Assembly (NCBI GenBank): GCA_964247055.1
Contig: OZ176050.1
Location: 3,596,001-3,660,000 of the forward strand
From: Paragordius varius
Taxonomy: Eukaryota > Animalia > Nematomorpha
Direction of reading: 5' to 3'
Length of the DNA stretch: 64,000 bases
Below, piece by piece: positions 1 to 10,543 of the stretch. Position 1 is the stretch's first letter; each line of letters opens with the position of its first letter. Position numbers and translations under genes: made by a program. Under the pieces are notes generated by a model that saw nothing but the letters and a program-made list of their open reading frames with translations, did not search any database and was not told the DNA's origin.

Positions 1-459
1 TTTTTTGACTGGGAAATAGTACATTAACTAAGGTTTCAATTACAAACAGAACCTAAATCATATACATAAAGTGCTCCTTGAGTTACGTTTGCAAAATCTT
101 CAAGTTTTACTTGATTATTTTTTATAACCTCCAAATCAAATTTTCTCGAATGTACAAAACTCGATAATAGGGAATGTTTCTTATTTTAATCTAAAATTAA
201 TTTTAAATACCTGCTAAGAATATATTTAAACCTTAATATTAATGAATATTTCAATGTTTTGTTCCTAGTAGACGCAAACCATATTAGAATTTGAAATTGA
301 AGTAGAAGAAAAAACATACCTTTACATATTTATTTTTGTATTTCAATCCGAAAGCTTATAGTAAACAAACTATTGTTTGGAAAATAAAAAAGCTTTAAGG
401 CTATTATTATTTTAGAGGCCTATTTTCGGACTATGTAGGGCTAAATTGAAATAGGACTT

Positions 460-522
460 AATCACTATCGGAACATTAATAAACTACACTGAATCACTAT
501 CGGAACATTAATAAACTACACT
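460..522. repeat. Exact 31-bp direct tandem duplication (period 32)
   Basis: aatcactatcggaacattaataaactacact occurs at 460-490 and again at 492-522. Confidence 0.9.
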
Positions 523-589
523 ATTGAAACTGACTGTATCAACATGTTTTCCCGATTCTTAAATCAAAGCCGAAATTTAATCAAATTAT

Positions 590-1790
590 TTTTTCATGGG
601 CGGGGTGGAACTCAGAAGTTAATTCAAAAAAGGGGCTTAGTAATTGTCCGCAAAATTGTAAAACAATTAAAAAAAATTATTGAGATTGCGCCTATACGTT
701 TTCAAAAATATGCTTTAAAACCAATATTTGTTTAAATAACACCATTTTTACGGATGGGGCTGGAGTGAGGGTCGAATTCTGAAAAATTGTTTACTCATCC
801 TCGGTGCAATTGCAAAACAATTTAAAAAGTACGCTATTGAATTTGCATTGTCCTACACGCTTTCTAAAAAAATGCATTAACCTCAATATTATCTTAAAGC
901 CCTTTTTTCCCATAAGTGAGGGTAAAATGATAACTTAAAAAATGGAGTTAGTCGCTTTTGGCGCAATTTTAAAACAATAAAAGAAATCTCTATTGAAAAT
1001 GACTGTGCTTACACATTTTTCAGTAAAACCAAAAATTGTTTAAAAAATTTTAACATGGACGATGCGAAATAGGGCTAATTTTAAAAAAGGGCTTAGTCAC
1101 CCTCATCGCATCAAAACATTATAAAATATTTACAATTTAAACTGCTGAGCCTACACGTTTTTTGAGTTCTTCAAAACGAATATTTATTCAAAAAGATCAT
1201 TTTTATACGGGAGGGGTTAGACTGAGGGGCAAATAAAAAAATGGCTCCCCCCTCGGCGTAATTGCTAACCAATTTAAAAAGTACACTGTTATTTCATGGA
1301 CTTGCACTTTTTCCAAAAATTGTTTCAACGTCTATATTACCTTAAAGCCCCTATTGGGGGCTAAATTGAGAGGCTGATTCGAAAAAAAGAGTTAAGTCAC
1401 CTTCGGCGCAATTCTAAAATAATAAATATAGCTTTATTGAAACAGCTGTGTCCACACCTTTTTGGTTAGCGCCTGCAAAGTAAATGGTTCTTAAACCATT
1501 TTTTTATAAGTGTGGGAAACTGAGGGCCTAATTTGAAAAAAGGGGCTTAATACTCTGCCACTATTAAAACTGAATGGGCCAACAAGTTTCCCGTGAACGC
1601 CTGCAAACTTAAACTTTAGGGAGTTTCATTTTTTCAAAAAACTCGTTTTTTTACCCGGTGTAAGGCAAAACTCAGGGCCTAAAAGAATGGACTTGGTCAC
1701 TCTCAGCGTATTATTAAATGATTAAATGCTTTCTTGGGAATCGGAATGGGGTTTTCCGTTTTTTCCAAGCCTTGCTTATCATACCTCTTT
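590..1790 (+). repeat. Degenerate ~150-bp tandem satellite array (about 7-8 monomers)
   Basis: The motif aaaaaggg(g)cttagtca recurs at ~628, ~1084 and ~1537. cctacacg-like motifs recur at ~691, 852, 1009, 1150, 1300 and 1451, spaced 141-161 bp apart. Boundaries are approximate. Confidence 0.75.
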
Positions 1791-2818
1791 TTTTATATAT
1801 AGAATTTTTAATTTCATTATTATCGATTATAAATTACTTTTAGTTTTAAGAAATGAAAGATAATTAAAAAAATTCATTTTTTATTTTACGTTAGTATCTA
1901 CATAAATTTTACTAAATTGGTTTTTAGTTGTGAACACCTTGATGCAACTATCATAATTATCCCCAACCGCCAATATGATATTCAAGTTTTTAGCTCTAGC
2001 GATGTAGCTGAAGTAAGAGAGTGTATTTTAGGGAGAAGCCGTATAAGGATATTTAGGGTTTGCACTAACTTTTTATATTATTTTTAATATCAATCGTTTT
2101 GGATCTGTTTCAATTTCATCTAATAACCACAAAACTGAAAAATATGCCTTTCTCTAATGTATGAGAACAATGATTAATAATTAATTTTATATATAAACAG
2201 TAAGTTATGGTATACAAAATGAATATCTCCATTAATATAAAAAGTGAAATCATGAATTAACACTTCAAATTAAATTGGGGTATCCAAATACCCCAGACTT
2301 AATATAGGTTCTCAAAAAAATACAAGTCTAATTTAACTTTCCTGGTAAAAATTATATAAATAAGCCAAAATTAAATAAAATTTTGTTTTAAAAAATAAAA
2401 GTTCCATGTCAAACTACCTCAACGACATTTTTATTATATTTTTAATATCGTCTTTATGTAATTATAAAGGTAAAATCAAAGCTAATTTTTTCATTGATAG
2501 AAATAGAAAAAGTTTTATTTTGTTTTATTTTAATTTTACCATTGCAGACATGTCACGTTCAATAAATTTATATTTTTGGGTTTTAGCTTAAAATAATTAA
2601 AATCAAGTATTTTTGAAAACTTTTTTATATATTTCGGTTTATCAATATTATATAAGTGCAAAATTTTGCCATAGTTTCGATTCTTTCTATATTTTTTATA
2701 GAATTTAATTCTTAACATGCCTGGAGTATCCTACTACCTCAATTTAAATAGAAGGACTGAAATGGATGTGTGGTATCCAAGTGTTAATTACAAATATTCA
2801 GCAGTTAAAACCATTTTA

Positions 2819-5791
2819 ATGTCAGCCCAAAACTTATATAAATCTGGAGAAGACGACACCTGGGATGATACTTTATTAATCCAAGCCTGGAATGAAAGCT
2901 GGATTAAAATGAAAGTTAAATTTTTTATATAATATGTAGAAATCATTACCCAAAAATGTTAATATACCACTAATATCCCAAAACTCTAAGACCAGACGGT
3001 CAACAAAAACAAAGATAAAATGGCAAGTTGACGATATCTGCTATGCAATTTGGGATGAAGATGGAGAAGAATACATGGCTAAAATAATTGAAATCGATGA
3101 AAAAAATGATTTATACAAAGTCTTTTTTATGGATTATGGTCATGATGGTGATGTTTCGTACAAAGATTTAAGAAAAGTATTTTCAATTTGCACGCATATT
3201 ATCTAAATCCAAAAAATTGTGTGTTTATCTTAAACCCTTTTCTACAAATCAAGTTGTATAATTGATTTTAATCTATATTTATTCTCCATTATGAATTTTA
3301 TTAAAAATATAGATTTCTTCTTTATTGTGTTTTGGTCAATCAGATTCTAATTTTGACTAAAATAAATTTATGACTTTCCTTTTAATAATTTAAAAATGCA
3401 ACAACATATATATATCGATAAGAAAAATAATATTTAGAATAATAACTGAGTTTTCAAATTTAAAGTTCTTTTAGTAACAAAACAACTGACAAATGCTGGT
3501 TTTTTTAATGTCATATATAGTTGGGTGTTTAAAAAACCGATTATGCCACCATTATATTTAACCCTTTTCTTTATCAAATTATATGTGTAATGTAATACCT
3601 AGATCACAAAACATGAGAATGAAAACAATCATTTTTCCGACGGTGATCCAATTAGTGAACAAATGCCTACTAAAAATGAAAGCAACCCTTCTTCATCTTG
3701 TATATCTTTGCATGTGGCAGATTCTAACACAAATCTTACAACGATGAATGGAGAAACATGCTGCTTGACATCTAAAGAATCAAATGCAGTCACAAACGGA
3801 TTGTCAATACAAAATGGTTTGCAATGATTTTAGATTTAAAATTTCTTAGAAAAAATTAGATTGATAATAGCATGTGAGATTTTAATAATTTTTTAACCAT
3901 AAAAATGTGAGAATGTTTTAATATCTATCATTTTTAAAATCTAAGTAAGGGATACTGTTAAAACTCACAAGTTTTTAGTGTTGCTCAAATAAAATAAAAC
4001 GATGACAGCAAAATAATAATAATTTACTCGCGCTTTCCATGATGCGATGTTGAATTCTTGTACCTATTATATGCTTTTAAGCTATATTTATTAATGTATT
4101 CAATTAACTTAAAGCAATTAAAAATAAAAAAATAGGCAATTTAAAGGTAATCCAATTTAAAATCGATAGGATTTGGATCAACAAATTTTGTAAAAAAACA
4201 TTTTCCCTACGCCGAAGATGAAAACTAATACTCTGATCCAATATATAATTAATTTCTCTATGTTGGCTTTAACATGGTAAAAAATTGGGGCCGTTTAAAC
4301 AGCATTTTTGACACAAAATATATGCATGCTTTTGAATTTTGAATAAGGATAATTAAAATCATTAAAAAAAACTTTTGGATAGAAAATATTTAATTTGTCA
4401 TTCAGCAGGGTGCTGCGATTAATGCTAGACACATGGAAGAGATATAAGCTGGAATGTTTAAGAAAATTTATCGCGCATTTTTAGCCGTTTTCTGTTTAAG
4501 AAAAATGGCCCATTATTACAGTTTAGTTTGAAACTTTTTAACATTAAATAAACGATAATATGTTTATATATTTTTGTTAGGGATCATGAACGCACCATTC
4601 TGATGTATAAGGAATATGTATATATTATTGGTAGAATTTGAACATTTATTTTAAGAATCGAAATATATGCAAGGATACAACATGCTATTATAATAAATTT
4701 TTATATAATCACAATTTATTTTTATTTCCGTATCAGCTATTAGATGACTTTTCAAGGCATTTTAAAATTTTCCCATATAAATTATTTGTTTTTTTAACAT
4801 AGGCGAAATAAGTATGACAGAATCAAATTTGAATTCTTACGCATCTGAAACCGAAGATACTGGGCTTGCAAATCACATTCCTGGATTGCCTACTCAAATT
4901 CAGGAGCTTTTTAACGATGAAAAAAATATTCACAAATTAAAGGTAATTATGAAATTATATGTAATCATTTATTGTTTACTATTTGGTTTATTACATAACC
5001 TTTTTAATGTTAATAACCCTCATTTCTTAATCCATCTCTAGCATTTATTACAAAATTCTGGTCCATCACAAAATTTATCACCCAATACCTCTATGGAAAA
5101 CTTGGGAAATAAAACTACTCAATCATCATCATCATTTATTGCTCCCAATATTGAGAATATGGGTTTTCCCTTAAATCCCATGAGCCTTTTTGCACATCAG
5201 CCACAATCAAACAACCCTAATGATTTTGGTATGCAGATGCCTGTTACAAATTTCCCTTTTATTAGCATGAATGAACAATCTAATTTTGTAAGAAATTCAT
5301 TAAATACGTCTTTGGGCTCTTCTCCAATTTGTGACGAGAACGAAGCATTGGCCCAAGTATTGATGTGTTGGTACAGAGCCGGATACATGACCGGATATTA
5401 TCAGGTATAAAGAGTTTAATATTTTTTAAACAAGTTTTGTTTGCGATTAATTAGATCTAGAGAGATTATTTGGTTGAATATCTCAATTGCCTGAAACAAA
5501 TTTTTGCTCAGTTCTTAAAACAATTAATGAATAATCAAATTTGTTATATGCCATTTAGGGGTTTTAATTTATTAATATTAATAGTTTTTAATAAGTTCTA
5601 ATTATTTGACAATTTTCTTTATTGTCCACCACATATTCTAAATGTTAATTGATATTATTTAGAAGCATTTCAACAGTTTGCTCACAAAGAATGCTCCAAA
5701 TTCGGCAGATAATCATATTGAAAGCGGCAAGAAGGATAATTTCAAAAATCCTAATAAAAAGAAAAAATGCAAAAAGCACATGATTAAATAA
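2819..5791 (+). CDS. SMN: Survival motor neuron protein. Inferred exons: 2819-2914, 2940 (or 2991)-3176, 3603-3816, 4803-4942, 5042-5404, 5663-5791
   Basis: All three SMN hallmarks appear in order. The Gemin2-binding motif is DDTWDDTLLIQAW. The Tudor domain reads KWQVDDICYAIWDEDGEEYMAKI...YKVFFMDYGH. The YG box is ALAQVLMCWYRAGYMTGYYQ. The GT-AG junctions are phase-compatible and AATAAA lies at 5888-5893. Confidence 0.93.
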
Positions 5792-5971
5792 AATATCTAT
5801 AATCAATATTCTTTTTACTTTAGGACTATTGTAAACTTGGTTTTTTAATTTGTTTGATGTAATATGTTTTATGTAGTTTTGTAAAAAAATAAATAAATAA
5901 TTGGTATTTTTACTTTACTTTAATTATTTGTTCTTTGTTCTAGAATACATTGTTTTTCAATCTGTACAACT

Positions 5972-8900
5972 ATGTTAGATTTTAGTGATATAAATCATAC
6001 CATAATATATGATGCAATCATACAAGAATTGGATTCAACCATTCCCGAAGCTACATTTTGTCTTATCCGGAATTACTTTAATCGACAAATTATTTATCGT
6101 TTTAATGCAAAACCATCGTTTTATTTGTTCAAACCGTTAAATTTTATACGTACATTTTGTGTCTTTTTTTCGACTTCTCTTTACTTTGATGTCGTTAGGG
6201 CTTTTATTATACTTTATCATTTATTGGTTATGATTATCCCCTATCCTCTTTACACTGACATATTTATCACATTATTTTATTACGTGGAATTTCTTGTTTT
6301 AGTTATTGCACAGGGATTTATGATTGGCCCATACACCTATTTACATAACGGTATTAATGTCATTGATTTCATTTATCTGGTCGTTTCATCCGTCTTCATA
6401 TATTTTAGCATTCGGTTACAATGCATTTATCTGCGCATATTTCGGCTCGGTGAAATTATGATTTATCTATCATCCAGGTATCGTATCCTCTTGTGCACTT
6501 TGGTCCGGGCCTGGCAAAATATACTTGTGGTCGTAGGCGCCATAGCCTTTTCCATATTTGTGTATGCCAACGTTGGCCTTAAATCTTTCAAGGGGAGTTT
6601 AGCTAGACACTGTCGTTTAAATCCTGAGGTGGATATTTTTCCTTCTCATTTGGTGCCTCTACGGAGAGATTATTTTGTTTATCATGAGAAACGATTTGCT
6701 TGTCAAAGTTCCCTAGAATGCCCCCCTAATTACATTTGTGCCCGTGAACGGCAAAGAGAAAGATTATACTTTACGTTTGATAACATCTTTTACTCTGGGC
6801 TCAATATATTACGCGTTATTATATTGGATGATTTTGAGGATGTGTATGAAAAGTTATTGGATCACATACCGGCTCTCTTAGTTATATCCTTTTTTGTACC
6901 TATCATATTTTTCGGGAGCCTTATCTTATATAGCACTTTACTAAGTGTTGTAATTACGACAAGCTATGATTTGGAACTTAAAATTGATATTGACATTGCA
7001 AATCGCACTGGTCTTTACCAACGACCCATTAAACTAAGTGCCAACCGGAAAGCTTCAAAATTTATTTTTGTTTTAGAACCATTGGTCCAGAAATCAAAGA
7101 TTGTTTTTCAACATTATCACCCTGGGTTACGCGCCAAAAATAAAACAGATGAAAAATTTTGGAAAGCATATTGGAAAACGATTGATAAGAAATGTGTCCA
7201 ACCATGTCTACTCGATAAAATTGGTTACCAAATGAAATTGAATCATAGTAGGAAATCCATAAATGATCAGCAACAACATGGCTTACAGAATGTGGTTTGG
7301 GATGATTTGATTCGCAAGGTTCCTGTGCACACACAAGAAGAAATCGATCTTAGCACGAATGCACATCAGATTGTTCCCGGTGGTCGCCTATTCGAAGGGG
7401 ATAAAAGAGGCAGTTTTTTTACACAAAATTGGATTCCACCCGATGAATACTTACATGAGCCATTAGAAATAAAACGGCCCAAAAATAATTTTATTTTGTT
7501 GCTTAAACGGATCAAAAATAGCAGATTATACTGTCAATTGATAAATATTTGTATTTTGATTAACGCTGTAATCATACTCAGCGATCATTACCCGGAGTCG
7601 AATGAACTTGATTTGGTACAAAAGTATGCAGACGGTATATTTAATGCCATATTTACCTTCGATTTTTTGTTAGCTAAAATTATTAATCCTCGTTGGGAGG
7701 GACTGAACGATGCTTCCGAAATTATTTTGAATGTGGCAGGTTGGATAGAGGTTATTGTCTATTTGGCTTATGATGCTCAAAAATTAACTTTAGAAGTATC
7801 CAGCATGTTGGATGTAATTAAGAGTTTAAAACTTGTACGTATCGTAAAATTACCCATTATAAATAAATTGACCAATAAACTCGGTGATTTTATGATAACA
7901 ATAGTTGTATACTTTTCAATCCTTTTCCTCCTACTGTATACTTGGTCCGTGATTGGATATCAACTTTTCTCGCCATATTACAGGGATGTCCCACGCCTAC
8001 AAAATCCATTTTATGACGTTTCTAAAGCCATAGTAATTAACATTATGATATTATGTGGCCAAATTTATAAGCCTATACAACAGTGTTTGGCCGACACGAA
8101 TGCACCAACAAGTTTATGCATGACTTATTTCTTAAGCGGTGTCCCCATTTTTGCTGTAATGGTGTTTATGTTTGAAGGCGTTTTGTTCCATTCAATGGCC
8201 ACTACCATTAAAATTAATGAGCCTATAATTTCTTTAGTTCCGATTCGTAGATATCTACAAAAATCATGGCTATATCAATGGTTTAATAGCATTAGGCAAA
8301 GGCTAAGCCCCTTTAGTACAAAAAATTATTCTAATAATTCCAGATCATCATTGTCTACTAATAACGATGCGTATTCTCTTAAACTGATTACAATTTTAAG
8401 CATAATATCATCTTGCACTATTATATTGTACGAAGATATATATTCGGATACATCAGTTTACCGAAAGCTATGTCTGAAAATTAATGAATGTCTCATTTGT
8501 ATACAAATAATTTTTGAATTTATTGGCGCGATATATGCTAAAAAACGATGGTACCCCGGCAATCTACGAAATTGCAACACTATTTATATCCTTCTATTAA
8601 TATGCATATTTTTCATATCATTTGCAGTACCGATACAATTTCAACCCGTAAAATTGCGGAGATTTTTCTTTTTTACCCGTCTCATGACACTCTTAATATA
8701 TTTCCCTCAAACAGCCATCATTACTGAAACGTTTATTAAAACCTTAACTGCCCTATTCAATAGTTTCATTTTGTGCCTTGTCATATGGCTGATATTTGCA
8801 TCTATTGGTGTTTCCTTGCTCAAGGGAATGAGCTATGAATGCCTTAAAGACGGTCATGAAATTAATTTGGATCGCAGTAGATGTGTGGCTCGTGGTTTTG

Positions 8901-10543
8901 TTTGGCAAAGACGTTATGCCAATTTTGACAATATTTTCCGCACTTTGGATTCATTGGAACATTTAACTCTGTATCAAGATATGGAAGGGATTATATTAGC
9001 AGGTATTAGGTCTCAGGGTATGGATATGGGTAGTCGCGGAGAACCCCGATTAACGGTAACCATTTATTTCATGATGTTTTTGATTGGTGGATCACTCTTC
9101 TTATTCACACTGTTTATTGGTGTCATTTTTGACACGTTTAAAGAAATGGAATCTGAGAAACAGCAAAGCATTGATACCATTTTGGTGAACAAAACATCCA
9201 ACACGTATTGGAACAAATTGAAACAACTCATATCCCGATCATTGTACCAAAGTTTACAAAGGCCAAAAGATGATATACTTAGAGTGCTATATCAAATTAA
9301 TTTGTCCGACCATTATGCCATATTTTGTCACACCATCGTTCTCTTAAATGTTATATTTATGTCATTCGATTCTTATGAACTTAGTAAACAGGGTGTCGAT
9401 ATGTTGGAGGTTAGTGATCTCATCTTTTTCACATTTTTTACCATGGAATTTTTGGTAAAGGTTGTTGTGCAAAAATGGTTGTATTTTATAAAACCCTATA
9501 ATGTTTGCAATTTCATCGCCGTATTACTTATGATGATTGGTTTGCTAGCTCCAAGGCATAAGGTTTTAATGCCATACATGTTTCACATTATATTGATTGG
9601 GCGAACCATTCAATCCGTTAGAATTTTTGAAATTTTCCCTCGCATCCGTAAAATTATAAATGTGGTCGTTTCTGCAGGACCGGCCCTGTTTGCTCTCATA
9701 GTGGCACATTGCTTACTCATAACTGTTTATGCATGTGTTGGAACGCTCTACTTTCATGATGATTTAAGCCAAAGTTTCATTTACAATCACCATTTTAACT
9801 TCAAAAGCTTAACACATTCATGGGCAACTCTTTTGTTACTGACCACACGTACACGTGTTCACGAAATCGAACTTAGTCTCGTGGATCATGGTAATCCCAT
9901 AAGTTTAAAGATCATAACACCCACCCTCTCCGACAATTCCAAGAGTTATTACTATGGAAAACATGCTAATTTATCATCGTCTGCCATAGCATGGTATGTA
10001 AACACATTTATGCTTTTCAATTTGTTTGCCAGCATGTTGTATCAAGCAATCATGGCCGAATTTTTCGGGTATGCTAATGAGGAACAAGACGAGGAACTAG
10101 ATCAGCTAACAAAGGATAGCATAATGGCGTATATCGTTTCTTGGGACGAAATAACCGACGGTAATCCTTGGCTTAACGTTAAAATGATTAACGAAATTTT
10201 GTTGTGTTTACCCCAACCATTTAAGAGTCTGATTGTCGGCTCCTATTCCAATTTTTTGAATGCTTTGGATATTGGAATCTATGAAGGAAACGTGATATCC
10301 TGTGAAGAATTTTTCCACGCCTTGCTCAAAACCTATATCATGGGTGTTAAGGATTCAGATCAAAACTTATATTCCTCCCTATATTACGCAAATCATATGA
10401 AAACATTCAAACATTGCTTTGAAAAGCAATTTATTTTAATTGTGCCAAAAGTGCGAATAGCTCGTTTATCCCATTTCCATAAAGCCGTCATCACCATTCA
10501 ACAAAAATGGAAAAATTATAGACACGAAAAATATCATTATTAA
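5972..10543 (+). CDS. Intronless four-domain voltage-gated sodium channel family alpha subunit (Nav2-like, highly divergent), 1523 aa
   Basis: Single uninterrupted ORF with four 6-TM repeats. The N-terminus TFCLIRNYFNRQIIYRFNAKPSFYLFKPLNFIR is Nav-type. The P-loops begin FTFDNI, FYDVSKA, NFDNIF and NFKSLTHS. The DIII S6/linker is FTLFIGVIFDTFK...TILVNKTSNTYWNKLKQL. The C-terminus has an EF-like segment and an IQ motif, AVITIQQKWKNYR. Confidence 0.88.
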   Translation: MLDFSDINHTIIYDAIIQELDSTIPEATFCLIRNYFNRQIIYRFNAKPSFYLFKPLNFIRTFCVFFSTSLYFDVVRAFIILYHLLVMIIPYPLYTDIFITLFYYVEFLVLVIAQGFMIGPYTYLHNGINVIDFIYLVVSSVFIYFSIRLQCIYLRIFRLGEIMIYLSSRYRILLCTLVRAWQNILVVVGAIAFSIFVYANVGLKSFKGSLARHCRLNPEVDIFPSHLVPLRRDYFVYHEKRFACQSSLECPPNYICARERQRERLYFTFDNIFYSGLNILRVIILDDFEDVYEKLLDHIPALLVISFFVPIIFFGSLILYSTLLSVVITTSYDLELKIDIDIANRTGLYQRPIKLSANRKASKFIFVLEPLVQKSKIVFQHYHPGLRAKNKTDEKFWKAYWKTIDKKCVQPCLLDKIGYQMKLNHSRKSINDQQQHGLQNVVWDDLIRKVPVHTQEEIDLSTNAHQIVPGGRLFEGDKRGSFFTQNWIPPDEYLHEPLEIKRPKNNFILLLKRIKNSRLYCQLINICILINAVIILSDHYPESNELDLVQKYADGIFNAIFTFDFLLAKIINPRWEGLNDASEIILNVAGWIEVIVYLAYDAQKLTLEVSSMLDVIKSLKLVRIVKLPIINKLTNKLGDFMITIVVYFSILFLLLYTWSVIGYQLFSPYYRDVPRLQNPFYDVSKAIVINIMILCGQIYKPIQQCLADTNAPTSLCMTYFLSGVPIFAVMVFMFEGVLFHSMATTIKINEPIISLVPIRRYLQKSWLYQWFNSIRQRLSPFSTKNYSNNSRSSLSTNNDAYSLKLITILSIISSCTIILYEDIYSDTSVYRKLCLKINECLICIQIIFEFIGAIYAKKRWYPGNLRNCNTIYILLLICIFFISFAVPIQFQPVKLRRFFFFTRLMTLLIYFPQTAIITETFIKTLTALFNSFILCLVIWLIFASIGVSLLKGMSYECLKDGHEINLDRSRCVARGFVWQRRYANFDNIFRTLDSLEHLTLYQDMEGIILAGIRSQGMDMGSRGEPRLTVTIYFMMFLIGGSLFLFTLFIGVIFDTFKEMESEKQQSIDTILVNKTSNTYWNKLKQLISRSLYQSLQRPKDDILRVLYQINLSDHYAIFCHTIVLLNVIFMSFDSYELSKQGVDMLEVSDLIFFTFFTMEFLVKVVVQKWLYFIKPYNVCNFIAVLLMMIGLLAPRHKVLMPYMFHIILIGRTIQSVRIFEIFPRIRKIINVVVSAGPALFALIVAHCLLITVYACVGTLYFHDDLSQSFIYNHHFNFKSLTHSWATLLLLTTRTRVHEIELSLVDHGNPISLKIITPTLSDNSKSYYYGKHANLSSSAIAWYVNTFMLFNLFASMLYQAIMAEFFGYANEEQDEELDQLTKDSIMAYIVSWDEITDGNPWLNVKMINEILLCLPQPFKSLIVGSYSNFLNALDIGIYEGNVISCEEFFHALLKTYIMGVKDSDQNLYSSLYYANHMKTFKHCFEKQFILIVPKVRIARLSHFHKAVITIQQKWKNYRHEKYHY

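Noticed and set aside
2717-2818. ORF-track start at 2717 as the SMN N-terminus
   Set aside because: SMN homology begins right after the ATG at 2819. The upstream 34 codons show no conservation, although they are not formally excluded.
5404-5972. In-frame SMN-channel fusion protein by alternative splicing
   Set aside because: The 5943 acceptor needs a phase-2 donor, and the identified SMN donors are phase 0 or 1.
5972-10543. Non-standard genetic code
   Set aside because: The 1523-codon ORF and all spliced genes translate cleanly with the standard code and end at TAA.
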